From Welwitschia mirabilis (taxonomy: Eukaryota), in NCBI GenBank assembly GCA_051453625.1, contig JBOZIK010000001.1:28170472-28213015 (forward strand): a stretch of DNA of 42,544 bases. Direction: 5' to 3'. This document shows positions 1 through 10,500 of the stretch, piece by piece (position 1 is the stretch's first letter; every line of letters starts with the position of its first letter). The notes under the pieces are model-generated. The model saw nothing but the letters and a program-made list of their open reading frames with translations. It had not been told where the DNA came from and ran no database searches. The position numbers were made by a program, and so were the translations under genes.

Positions 1-742
1 AATAAAAGTCTAAATCCTATTTTATCACATGATACTAATCAGTTTTAAAAAACTTTATTGATAGGTAGTGTCTTAATAACCACTCTATTTTAATTAATAT
101 TAAATCCTAAACCAAAAATCATAAATACTAAATTACAACTTTCTTAAGGTTTAAATACAAAAAACAATAGAAAAGTCAAAAATCACAACTAAAAAGTGCA
201 GAAAAATTCTTCATTGAAATGTACAGCTAATTTTACTTGAAGTAATATGCCTTTTGCTTAATTGTAAAGGCTTCACAAACCTTTGAAATGTTTTCATTTT
301 ACTTCTTCTCAATTTATTTACCTCCTCTCTAAGATAAATTTCAAGCACAATGACATCTAAAACCTCTCCTTGTTAAGTATTCTTCTAGATGTTACATTAG
401 TATATTAAGTATCCTTTCAATGTCTTTATCAAATTATCACATCAGTATTACTTTTCTTAAAGTATTATCATTTTAACTAATGGTTTATTTTTCTCTTTTA
501 TAAGTACAAGTTTCCATGATGATTCTATAGACATCTAATCAGTCCTACATGAAATACTGACATCTAATACTAGCTCTTAGCTAAGTTTGTTTCTATAAAA
601 TAAAATATTAGCATCTTATAATATCTTCAAGACCTCTTTTTAATTCAAAACTATAATAGTGGTGTTTTATACTATCTAGAAGGTCTTCTACTAACTTATA
701 ATTAAAACACTATTGTTACTTACAAACTATGGTACCTTTTAT

Positions 743-930
743 GGACTCAAAATTAGAACACAGATATCTTATTAATGATAAGAATTTCTAGTGACTTAAG
801 ATTAGAACATTGACATCTTATATTGATTGTAAAATCTTTTTGTAACTTAGGATTAGAAGATTATAATTCTACATTAACTACATGACTTTCTATTGATTTA
901 TGATTAAAGTATTGTATTCTTGCTTAGATT
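743..930 (+). repeat. Degenerate ~50-bp tandem repeat, about 4 units
   Basis: Units begin GACTCAAAATTAGAAC, GACTTAAGATTAGAAC, AACTTAGGATTAGAAG and GATTTATGATTAAAG at about 50-bp spacing. Confidence 0.55.
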
Positions 931-1173
931 ACTTTTTTAACTTTATAACTAAAAATAGGTTTCTTATAAAATGTTCTAGTTTATCAAAAGTCATCATAGA
1001 GCATTGGGTATATATATAAAAAATAAATAATGGAGTTAGGGTAATTGTCTAAATAAAAAATTGATGCCTTGCATACCAAAGTCAATGCTATATTGAATGT
1101 AGAATTTATGGACAATAAGGATTACATCATATAGAAACAAGACTAATATTCATACAAGGGTGGTCTTCATTAC

Positions 1174-1851
1174 AATGCATATGTTACTGACTATCATGAT
1201 GCTATTAATCTTTTATAGGACTTCTTATCAAGGAAAACTTTCTACCTCATGAAGCTATCATTATTTCCTCTTATGATGCTATTTTTTTATTTGAGGATTC
1301 ATGTCTCTAGTAGATTTAAAGACATGGTTACTTGCACTAGTCGCTTACTCTTAATATTGACAATCTTGATAATGCACATTTCTATTTAGTACAAGAATTT
1401 TTCTTTGAATGACTCTACCTAATTTTAAAAAAAAATTTGAAATGGGAATTTCTCTTATAGCATATTTTTGTAAGATTTACTCTACATCTGAAGAGGATAT
1501 TTGTAAAACCTTTGAGATGATAAATAAGTTTAGTGTTGATGCTATAAAAAAAACTTCATAGCCTGATTTAGAATGTCAGGCTAAGGGATTGAATGATATT
1601 GATTGTAAGGGTCCTACATATTTTGAAAATATAATGGAAAAGGGTGAATTATATTTAAATATCAAAATTATTGATAAGGATTATGAGGATGCTATACATG
1701 ATTAAGGTGAGCTTGATAAGAGAATGTTTATAAATGATGATGATTCTCTACTTTCTATAGTTAGTATTTTAGCTAGTAGTGCTATTGCATCAGGAGTAAA
1801 GAGAAAATATAAAGCTATTGCATCACCTACAAAACTATAACAAACCCCTTT
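1174..1851 (+). pseudogene. RBR: Retinoblastoma-related protein gene fragment (N-terminal region, before pocket A), with stops and frameshifts
   Basis: Manual translation: NAYVTDYH...LRIHVSSRFKDMVTCTSRLLLILTILIMHISI*YKNFSLNDST*F...LIAYFCKIYSTSEEDI...DKDYEDAIHD*GELDKRMFINDDDSLL...SGVKRKYKAIASPTK. Recalled plant RBR: [78 protein letters not shown]. Weaker similarity may extend up to ~1040. Confidence 0.9.
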
Positions 1852-2799
1852 ATACAAGGCCTTCCTTTGATATCACATGTAATAAAGGCTTCACTTCTGA
1901 TAGTGTAAGGATACCATCTCCAACACTAGTAACTGAAGCAATGTGTTAGTCTTGTTGAGTTATGTCTCAAGCATAATAGGCTTATACACCCACCTTAGGA
2001 CTTTAGTCTAATAACAGAGTTATAGATATTAAAGTTATTTGGAAATTCTCTTAAATTTTTATCAGAAATATTACCATTATCAAATTTTCTATAGTTATCA
2101 CCTACAAATGTTCAAATAGAGGGCAATCAATTCTTATCTTGTGTTGATATCTAAATCAATATAGACAACATCCCCTATTTTGCATTAATGCATAAACTCT
2201 ATGCCTTTTTCTCCCTAATTTTCCAATTCTCATCTTGTTAACTTCCACTTATTACATCTTCTCTCGCTAAATTACTATAAAATAAGATTTAATCCTTAAA
2301 ATTGATTAGAAGGATATAAGTAACATCCTAGCTAAGCTAATTTTGATGGACCTAAATCACTCCTTAATTTTCTTTCCTTTTTAAAGGAAGCTCTCTAAGC
2401 TCTGAGATGCTACTTCTATTATGTTACTCTGAAAACTTAAATGCCTTCTCAACCTTGAAATTAAGAGATGCCATTCAGACTGTTGAATCCTTCACTGATG
2501 ATATTATGCACTAGACTAATAAAATGTTTAAAGTTAGCATGCATAGCATGATTGTTTAAGCTTCCTCCTAGATTTCCATAAGTAAGATCATGTTTTTATG
2601 AGGGATATAATGGTAAATGGTGATAAGCTTCTAGAGAATCTAGCAAATAGTTGTACTTGAGGAGGCATCTAAGGCACTATAGATGAAATATTTTATGTTT
2701 TATTTTTCTCCTTCTAAACTACCCAAAAGGCACTTCAAATGCATCATGTCTAGATGCTATCTCACTATTCCAAGAATAATTACCTAGATAATTGAAATA

Positions 2800-3171
2800 A
2801 GTTGGTTGCATCTATAGTAATTTAATCTTTGTTTTCCTTGTGTTCTTTGTGGAATGCCAACCTTCTATCCTCCCTATTATTGAAGGGCTTCACTGTCCTT
2901 CGTAATTTCAATCATAATAACTTCATATTGGCACTTCCTTCTTTTATATTAGCTAATGCTATTTTTGAAGAATGGTTATCCTATGAGTTATCTTTAAATG
3001 GCAATAATTTTTTAGAAAAAATTCCTATCTCTCTATTTACCTCATGTGTGAAACTTTAGAGCTTGAAACTAAACATTAGCTCAAATCTTTTGTTAAGAAC
3101 TATTATCATAACAAATTATAGTTCCTTGAAGTTTCTAAATTCCTCATGCAATGGAATGAAAGGACTAATAC
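2800..3171 (+). pseudogene. RPK2/TOAD2-type LRR receptor-like kinase fragment (island domain plus following LRRs), copy 1, cut by a gap
   Basis: ORFs 2829-3059 and 3063 onward are the same frame, split by one TAG: TVLRNFNHNNFILALPSF..LSYELSLNGNNFLEKIPISLFTSCVKL*SLKLNISSNLL..SSLKFLNSSCNGMKGLI. Recalled RPK2: [72 protein letters not shown]. Confidence 0.75.
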
Positions 3172-3271
3172 NNNNNNNNNNNNNNNNNNNNNNNNNNNNN
3201 NNNNNNNNNNNNNNNNNNNNNNNNNNNNNNNNNNNNNNNNNNNNNNNNNNNNNNNNNNNNNNNNNNNNNNN

Positions 3272-3708
3272 GATGTTCATATTGAGAGAGAAAACATCCC
3301 CTATTTTGCATCAAGGCATAAATGTTGTGCCTTTTTCTCTCTTGTTTTTTGATTCTCATCTTATTAACATTCATCTCTTACATCTACTCTAGCTAAGATT
3401 ACTATAAAATAATCTTTGATCCCTAAAATTGATCAAAAGGGTATAAGCAGCATCTTAGCTAAACTAATTTTGATGGATTTAAATCACTCCTTAATTTTGA
3501 GGGTATAAGTAGCATCTTGAAAACATTCTTGTCTTTCTATTTACCTCATGCATGAAACTTTAAAGATTGAGAGTAAATATCAGCTTAAATCTTTTATTAA
3601 GCACTGTTCTTATAAATTATAGTTCCTTGAATTTTCTAGATGCCTCATGCAATGGAATGAAAGGACTAATACCCACGTTCCTAAGCAACATGTCCTTCTT
3701 AGAAAGTA
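3272..3708 (+). repeat. Diverged, internally deleted duplicate of ~2150-3171
   Basis: 3292-3498 resembles 2167-2371 and 3519-3672 resembles 3016-3171, with many substitutions. About 640 bp of intervening sequence is missing from this copy. Confidence 0.85.
3519..3708 (+). pseudogene. RPK2-type LRR-RLK fragment, copy 2
   Basis: ENILVFLFTSCMKL*RLRVNISLNLLLSTVLINYSSLNFLDASCNGMKGLIPTFLSNMSFLE, including a plant LRR motif (LxxLDxSxNxxxGxIP). Confidence 0.75.
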
Positions 3709-3796
3709 ATACTATAAAGCTTGATTCTTAAGCTTGATTCTACTATATAGTAAAATCATGAAAACCATATTTAAATTATAAACATGCGTTTAATAC

Positions 3797-4620
3797 TTCT
3801 TTTGCATTTGATGTTTTCTCCATTTCCTCAAGGATCTGTAGTAATTCATTTCTTAATTCTAGATTAATTTGTGGTTATTCATGACCACTAAAATCATCTA
3901 GATTAAAAAGTTTCCATGGGCTATGCTTTTGAGTTTTAGTCAAATCATAATTATAAAGAACATAATATTTGTTCCAAGAACTATCTAGAATTTATCTGAC
4001 GCTAGTTTTATGGATGTGATTCTATCATCATACCAAGCTCCCTCACTTTTATCATCTTTCCATCATACTTTGCACTTGTCTATAATAGTCTAATTTATAT
4101 TTAATGAAGCTTTGTATCAGTTTTTCTCAATAATAAAATCAACATTGTATGTCAATTTAGGCAAATTTAATTTAAAGGTTTTTCCATAAACATTAGAACT
4201 AGGATGAATAAACCTGAGGGCTAATTTGTAAAAAGTTTCTCTAAATTCTAGAATAGTTGAATACTCAAGACTAATGACATAAAAAAGTTACACAAATCTG
4301 ATATTGCCTTTAATGGACTTCCAAGGTCCACATTCTTGAAATGGGCTTCTTAACAAAAACTCTTCATGCCCCTAATAACATGACACTCTTAGTAGACATT
4401 ATAGAAAATCTAGAAATAATAAACATTATTAGGTCTTACAACTAGAAAAGCAATTTACAAATACCTATCTTACATATGCAACTTCCTCTTCAAGTTGTGA
4501 AATATAGTAGATTTCAAATTTAGCTTCATAAAGCATAAGACATAACTATCTTTCTACTGTTTGTTTGCTAATGTTCTTATGAGTCAATATCTTAGAAATA
4601 CTATTTGGGATTCCCTTCTT
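3797..4620 (-). pseudogene. BRWD/PHIP-type bromodomain and WD40 protein gene fragment (region upstream of the bromodomain), two exons with a retained intron
   Basis: Minus strand: *LCLMLYEAKFEIYYISQLEEEVAYVR* | intron | GHEEFLLRSPFQECGPWKSIKGNIRFV*..LRFIHPSSNVYGKTFKLNLPKLTYNVDFIIEKN*Y..DKCKV*WKDD..GAWYDDRI..DSSWNK..KHSPWKLF. Recalled plant BRWD: WLMLS..RYIPQLGDEVAYLRQGHQE..GPW.SLKGNIRAVE..FKLTLPE..DFLVERTRY..DKCKVWW..HSPWELF. GT at 4464-4463, AG at 4373-4372, next GT at 3796-3795. Confidence 0.9.
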
Positions 4621-5408
4621 ATCAGTGTAATCTCTAAAATCCCAAACAACCTATTCATTAGATTCTGAATTGCAACTATTCCATTTTAAAGGCTTCTATT
4701 AACGAAATTAAAGCCTATGATAATTGAATGAACTTATTTCCATAACTCCTCCAAATGGATTACTTCTCTCATGCTAATTTACTAAGAAAAAAGTGATCTT
4801 CATTCTTCTATATTTCTTAGAATCTATAAGCTAGACCGTTTCATTCATTAAATGAATAAGAAGTTAAAGTTCATAATATATTTTAATAATTATAAATCTT
4901 TTCTCAAAGACATAATTCATGCATTCACTGGCTGACTATTGCACCCCATTTTTATGAACACTATGAGATCCTTCTCTAAATATAATAATAGTGAGATAAT
5001 TACTTGAATCTTTTGAAAGTGACACCATTTCAGAAAGGCACTCTTGGGACACTGAAAGTTACTATTTTTGCATGTTATGAGATGCATGTATTATGAACCA
5101 AAGTCCAGAATGAGAACTTGATTCATTTCATTAATCACATTATTTATGATGCCTACTCTTCGCATCATTGTTCTATAGCATTGAAGTAGAAAGAAAGAAG
5201 CATCCTAATATTTCACAAAGTTTTAAATATTTTCAGAACTCATACTTATAGATGTAGAGTTAAGTCTCTTCTATCTTTAGCATTTTCACTGGTAATGGAG
5301 AGAATATTAGTCTAATATTAATAAAATTAATGGTTCTTATATCACACCACTAAATATCTAGGAAAAAGCCTCTTATTCCTCAAAAGGAGTATTTAATGAA
5401 AGGATTGA

Positions 5409-6508
5409 TGTTATGTCACCAGCTTATATGTATTTGATAGGGTATTATAAGTTGTTTTGGAGGTAAATTAAGAGATAAATGCTTAATTCTTATGATAATT
5501 AAGAACTGAGATGAAAAGAATAAAAACATGCAGTTTCTAGATAAATTACAAGCATTTCATATAGATATGAATAAATATTATTTTTGGATAATTATTCCTG
5601 CAAAAAATGAGTGATCAGTCTAAATGAAGATTGATAAAAGCCTGTCATCCACCTCATCGTCTGAACGTCACTAGCAGATAACATCTCAAACAGGGTAATA
5701 CCAAGTTCACATGCAGATCACAAGCAGTTAAACTAGAAGCTAAATAGATATCTAATTGTCAGTCTTCGATGTCTTCTCCTTTTTCTGAATGACTAGTAGG
5801 ATGACACTATCCTCTTATACTTCTACTGAATGTTTTCCTTAGTTGTCGCTACTTCTTTATGACTTTACTTTGCATGTTAGCTAGGGTTTCTCCTCTACTT
5901 CTTTGTCAGTTTCTTTTCCTTTTCTGTCTATAAATAAAGGTCTCCCCCTTGATTCCTAATTATTTTTGATAGTACATGACATTCTCATAATAGAAGATCT
6001 TAGGACCAACGAACCATCTTGTAATCTAGAGAGATGGTACCTTGGTATTGGGTTGCGTATCCTCCATTAAGGAATGACTACTTTGTAATACAAATGTATT
6101 TTATGCTTCTTAATATGAATTATCTTTTTTGTTCAATATATATAGGAATCTCTCCCTCATAGTTTATGTTGTTTAAGATTTATGACAGGTTTCTTCTATT
6201 ATATAGATTATGAGGATAGCCTTTATCAAGAGTGAGCTTGATTAGATTAGGTGCATTATTATTTCTTTTCATAGATTAGTTTTGCATTGTTATTTCAATT
6301 ACATGCATTGCAATTTATTTTAGTAGATTAGGGTTACATATTTCTATCTTGAAACCAACTCTATTATTTCTATACTATTGGCCTTCGATGGAATTATGAT
6401 ATTTAGATCACTCCCAACTATACTAGCATGTTATGTTTGTGTATCTTATTTATAATTAACAAGAATTAGATCAAGGCATGAAACATTGCATAAATATGCA
6501 CCGCAACA
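5409..6508 (+). mobile_element. Solo LTR of Athila type (1100 bp) with perfect 5-bp TSD
   Basis: TG...CA termini (TGTTATGTCACC...GCACCGCAACA) flanked by ATTGA at 5404-5408 and 6509-6513. Reverse complement is closely similar to the LTR at 33085-34182. No PBS or PPT adjacent. Confidence 0.92.
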
Positions 6509-6843
6509 ATTGACAGCCACATTTATAAGTAACATGTCTCTCTAAAGCAAAAGGAGTATTTAATAAATGCCTTAAGTAAATGAAGTTTCTAGGCATACTA
6601 AATGAACATCATTCATTGCAAATTTTAAATTCATTCAACCTATAATCTATAAGAAAAAATAATTGTTATAGATTTTATTCAACATTCATAGAATCTAGAT
6701 GAAAAATGGAAAGGAAGACTTCACAAATATAATAAATTTTAGAATTACATTAAATCTGGGAGATCTACAACACAACTAGGAAGAAATTATAAATCCTTAC
6801 CTCAGTCTAATGCTTTTCCAGCATAGACAAATAAGATCTATAA

Positions 6844-7165
6844 AAAATCTTCTCAGAGGTTGTGATAATAATAAATGGAAATGGAATGTCAAGAGGTTTT
6901 AGATTTGTCAACTTTAAAATACATAAAGATGTTCGAGCTGCAATACAGAGATTTAATAACTCTCAGCTTTATTCAAAGATATTATTTATATGAAGATCAC
7001 AAAATAAAGAAGAGCATATACAAATCCTGAAAAGAGCAATTGTAGATGCCCGAGTGTATGTAAAAAATCTTGAGGATGCTATGAATGAAGATGTATTACA
7101 TAAGCTATTCAGATGTAATGACACATAACATCTGCTATGATAATGTATCATGAGAAAAGAGTAAA
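6844..7165 (+). pseudogene. Poly(A)-binding protein (PABP) gene fragment, RRM3 to start of RRM4
   Basis: KIFSEVVIIINGNGMSRGFRFVNFKIHKDVRAAIQRFNNSQLYSKILFI*RSQNKEEHIQILKRAIVDARVYVKNLEDAMNEDVLHKLF..(frameshift)ITSAMIM. Contains RNP1-like RGF(G)FVNF, the PABP motif LYVGRAQKK (TGA at 6991-6993 replaces Gly) and RNP2 VYVKNL. Confidence 0.85.
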
Positions 7166-7290
7166 CAAATACATAGGATAGTGTTGATTAATCCTAATTG
7201 TATACTTTATTTTTTGAAAATGTAATGTTGCACTTTCCTCGATTACACACATGGCTTAATTGTATTTTTATATCTTTTACAATATTTATC

Positions 7291-7546
7291 CTATTAAATG
7301 CCTTAAAAATTCCTCACCTTTTGTAGTTTTATTTGGTTAAGAGCCTTAAAAGACTAGAAACATTAAAGGCATTGATATATAAATGCCTTAACAACATTTT
7401 ACATTAGCTTTTAAGGTGTTTCTTTAAAAATATCTTAATAAAACTATTTTTTTCCAAAACATTTATTTAAATGAATACCTTAAAATGCTCTATAATTAAT
7501 TTATTTATTTAAATAAATACCTTAAAAGCATCTATTTCTTATAGTG
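7291..7546. repeat. CACTA subterminal repeat array plus right TIR
   Basis: AAATGCCTTAA-like motif at 7296, 7341, 7381, 7475 and 7516, inverted at ~7363 and ~7409; TIR at 7535-7546. Confidence 0.8.
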
Positions 7547-10500
7547 AAAGCTTTCGGTTTTCTACTTCAAGTGGATCATCAAATAAGGTATGCTCATAAA
7601 GCATTAATTATCTTTCTTCAAGTGGACAATGTTGTCAAAATTAGACTAGGTTTAATTTCTCCTTTAATATTCAACTCATCACCTAAATCCTTTTCAGTAG
7701 CATCAAATACTCTAATGGTAAACTTTTTATTTCCTAAGTGACATTCCATCATTCTAGTTCTAGTATCGATAATGCATTGAGCTATTGCACAAAAAGCTCC
7801 ACCTAGAAGTAATGGAGAACCTTCTTTATACTTAAATTTAATCACAATAACATATATAGGATAGAATGCTTCTTTAATTTAAATTACCAAATCTTTAATT
7901 ACTTCTAAATATTTCTTTAATGATGTATCTACTCATTCTAAGACAATCTATGTAGGTTTAATTCTACCTTCTAAACCAAGTTATTGACAAATATGTGAGT
8001 GCATAATATTAACACTTGATACTATATTAATTAGTGCTTTTTTTATATTTTATTTGCTTCTNNNNNNNNNNNNNNNNNNNNNNNNNNNNNNNNNNNNNNN
8101 NNNNNNNNNNNNNNNNNNNNNNNNNNNNNNNNNNNNNNNNNNNNNNNNNNNNNNNNNNNNNNNNNNNNNNNNNNNNNNNNNNNNNNNNNNNNNNNNNNNN
8201 NNNNNNNNNNNNNNNNNNNNNNNNNNNNNNNNNNNNNNNNNNNNNNNNNNNNNNNNNNNNNNNNNNNNNNNNNNNNNNNNNNNNNNNNNNNNNNNNNNNN
8301 NNNNNNNNNNNNNNNNNNNNNNNNNNNNNNNNNNNNNNNNNNNNNNNNNNNNNNNNNNNNNNNNNNNNNNNNNNNNNNNNNNNNNNNNNNNNNNNNNNNN
8401 NNNNNNNNNNNNNNNNNNNNNNNNNNNNNNNNNNNNNNNNNNNNNNNNNNNNNNNNNNNNNNNNNNNNNNNNNNNNNNNNNNNNNNNNNNNNNNNNNNNN
8501 NNNNNNNNNNNNNNNNNNNNNNNNNNNNNNNNNNNNNNNNNNNNNNNNNNNNNNNNNNNNNNNNNNNNNNNNNNNNNNNNNNNNNNNNNNNNNNNNNNNN
8601 NNNNNNNNNNNNNNNNNNNNNNNNNNNNNNNNNNNNNNNNNNNNNNNNNNNNNNNNNNNNNNNNNNNNNNNNNNNNNNNNNNNNNNNNNNNNNNNNNNNN
8701 NNNNNNNNNNNNNNNNNNNNNNNNNNNNNNNNNNNNNNNNNNNNNNNNNNNNNNNNNNNNNNNNNNNNATTTTTCAAAATGATAAATTCATACTTACATT
8801 TCACATTAAGGATTTAATATATTCATCAAAGGTAGGATTAGCATTTAGTCTATCAAGCCAAGAGGTAGCAGTTTTCTTACCTTTATCTTGAATAGCATTT
8901 TTCTTTAAATTATTTAAAATCGAGGGGAAAATATGGTTTTTTAAATTTTAATATCCCCTTATTCTTCATCATTTTTTTGATTTTGAGATGTTTAAGTCTC
9001 ATGAATTGTAGGTGTTATATCATTTTTACTTCCTATCACAACCTTATAGTATTTTGTTTACTTCATTAGGGTTTGGTAAAGGTTGTGTTGTAAGTAACTC
9101 TTATGATATTTAATTAGTAAGCATAGTTTATTAAATAATATTAATAAGATTTGCAATGTTTGAATTTGTTTTTTGTTGAGATTTTATTAACTCATCAATA
9201 CAGTTTTTAAGTGGAACATTTTGGTTTTGTGAGTTTGATGTTCTTACTTGAAAATTTAACTTGCTTAGTTGGAAGTTTGAGTTATTTGTCTAAAAATTAG
9301 CATTTTCAAGTCTAATTTCTAAATGGTTAAAAATCTAGTTGATTTTCTTGAAATTTCTTAAATTTCTTTTCAAAATATTAAGAATTTGGTTATCCATTCA
9401 TCCTAGCTTAAAATTAATTTGATTTTGATTTTGATTTTGATTTTTAAAGTTTGAATATTTTTTATTAAATGCACACACCTCTTCATAAATATTTTCTTTG
9501 TAAATAGGTAATAAAGGACAATCTTTTATTACATGGTAGTTGTCTTCACATAAATTACAAGTTAGAATCACAAACACACTCTTTTTAATTGCTACCTTTG
9601 TATCTAAGATCATTTGAGTGATTTTTTTTTTTTTAAAGTATTGTAGTGAAATACTTAACAATATTTCTTCATTCTTGTTCTATTTTTACTTCTTCTTTTT
9701 CTTTTTTAACTTTTTTAAGATCTTTTATATTTTATCCTACTATATGATTAGGTATTAGTTTAGACCAAGTTTAACTTTTCACAATTTCTTTCCATAATCC
9801 CCATGTATTTTCTAAAATGAGATTTATCAAATTTCCTCTACATAAAAAATCTACAAGTTATTAGGTTTGGCTATTAAGTTTACTATAGAAATAATCTATA
9901 AATTCTGCTTGAGTGAAAGCATCTATAGGGTTATAATGTATGGTAGTAAAAAATCGCTCATAATTAAAGGCATAATCTTTATTAGGTTGTTGTTAAAAAT
10001 TCATTACTTCTTTATTTCTTTTTCTTATGGTTGTTTTACTTATAAATCTCTTTATATATGCATCTTTAACTTAGTTTAATGTTTTTAAAATTTTATGTAG
10101 AATAGTTCTTAACTATAGTTTAGCTTTTCCTTTTAGAGTAATGATAAAAATAACTATGTAAGTACAATCATTAATTCATTTTTTACCATTTCTGAAGGTA
10201 AGTACTAATTATTTGATATCAGCTATATGTCGAAGGGGATCTTCATCATTTTCTTCATTAAAAATAAGATAACATTTCAATTTTCTAACTCAATATCATC
10301 ACTAGGAGGTAAGTTAAAAGGGTTTCAAATTTTACATTTCTTATTTGCTATGAGTTATTTAAGGGTAACATTAGCATTCAAATTTATGGGAGTAGTAGAG
10401 GTTCTAATAATAATAGGAGGATTAGACGAAGCAACCTATTTTTATTTTTGTAATGAATTCAATATTGTGATAAAACAACTTTCTTCTAAACTATATTATA

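Larger units (their letters stand above)
1..7546. mobile_element. Putative non-autonomous CACTA (En/Spm) element carrying host gene fragments (Pack-CACTA); left end not in window
   Basis: Right end TTTCTTATAGTG at 7535-7546 is the reverse complement of CACTATAAGAAA (canonical CACTACAAGAAA with one C>T). It is preceded by AAATGCCTTAA-type subterminal repeats in both orientations, and Athila A internal sequence resumes abruptly at 7547. No transposase seen. How far left the element extends is inferred. Confidence 0.7.

Noticed and set aside
1020-1310. Possible PPR motif (DYHDAINL..KENFLPHEAIII)
   Set aside because: Weak and needs frameshifts; the surrounding sequence is better explained as RBR.
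6969-7151. Minus-strand 60-aa ORF
   Set aside because: Antisense shadow of the PABP fragment.
1-7546. Helitron or Pack-MULE as the carrier of the gene fragments
   Set aside because: I saw no hairpin-CTRR end or long MULE TIR, whereas a CACTA TIR with subterminal repeats is present. Not fully excluded for the leftmost fragments.
8034-8891. Long ORFs in the track (also 20467-21534, 22878-23527, 13097-13288)
   Set aside because: They are runs of N or (CT)n translations, not coding evidence.
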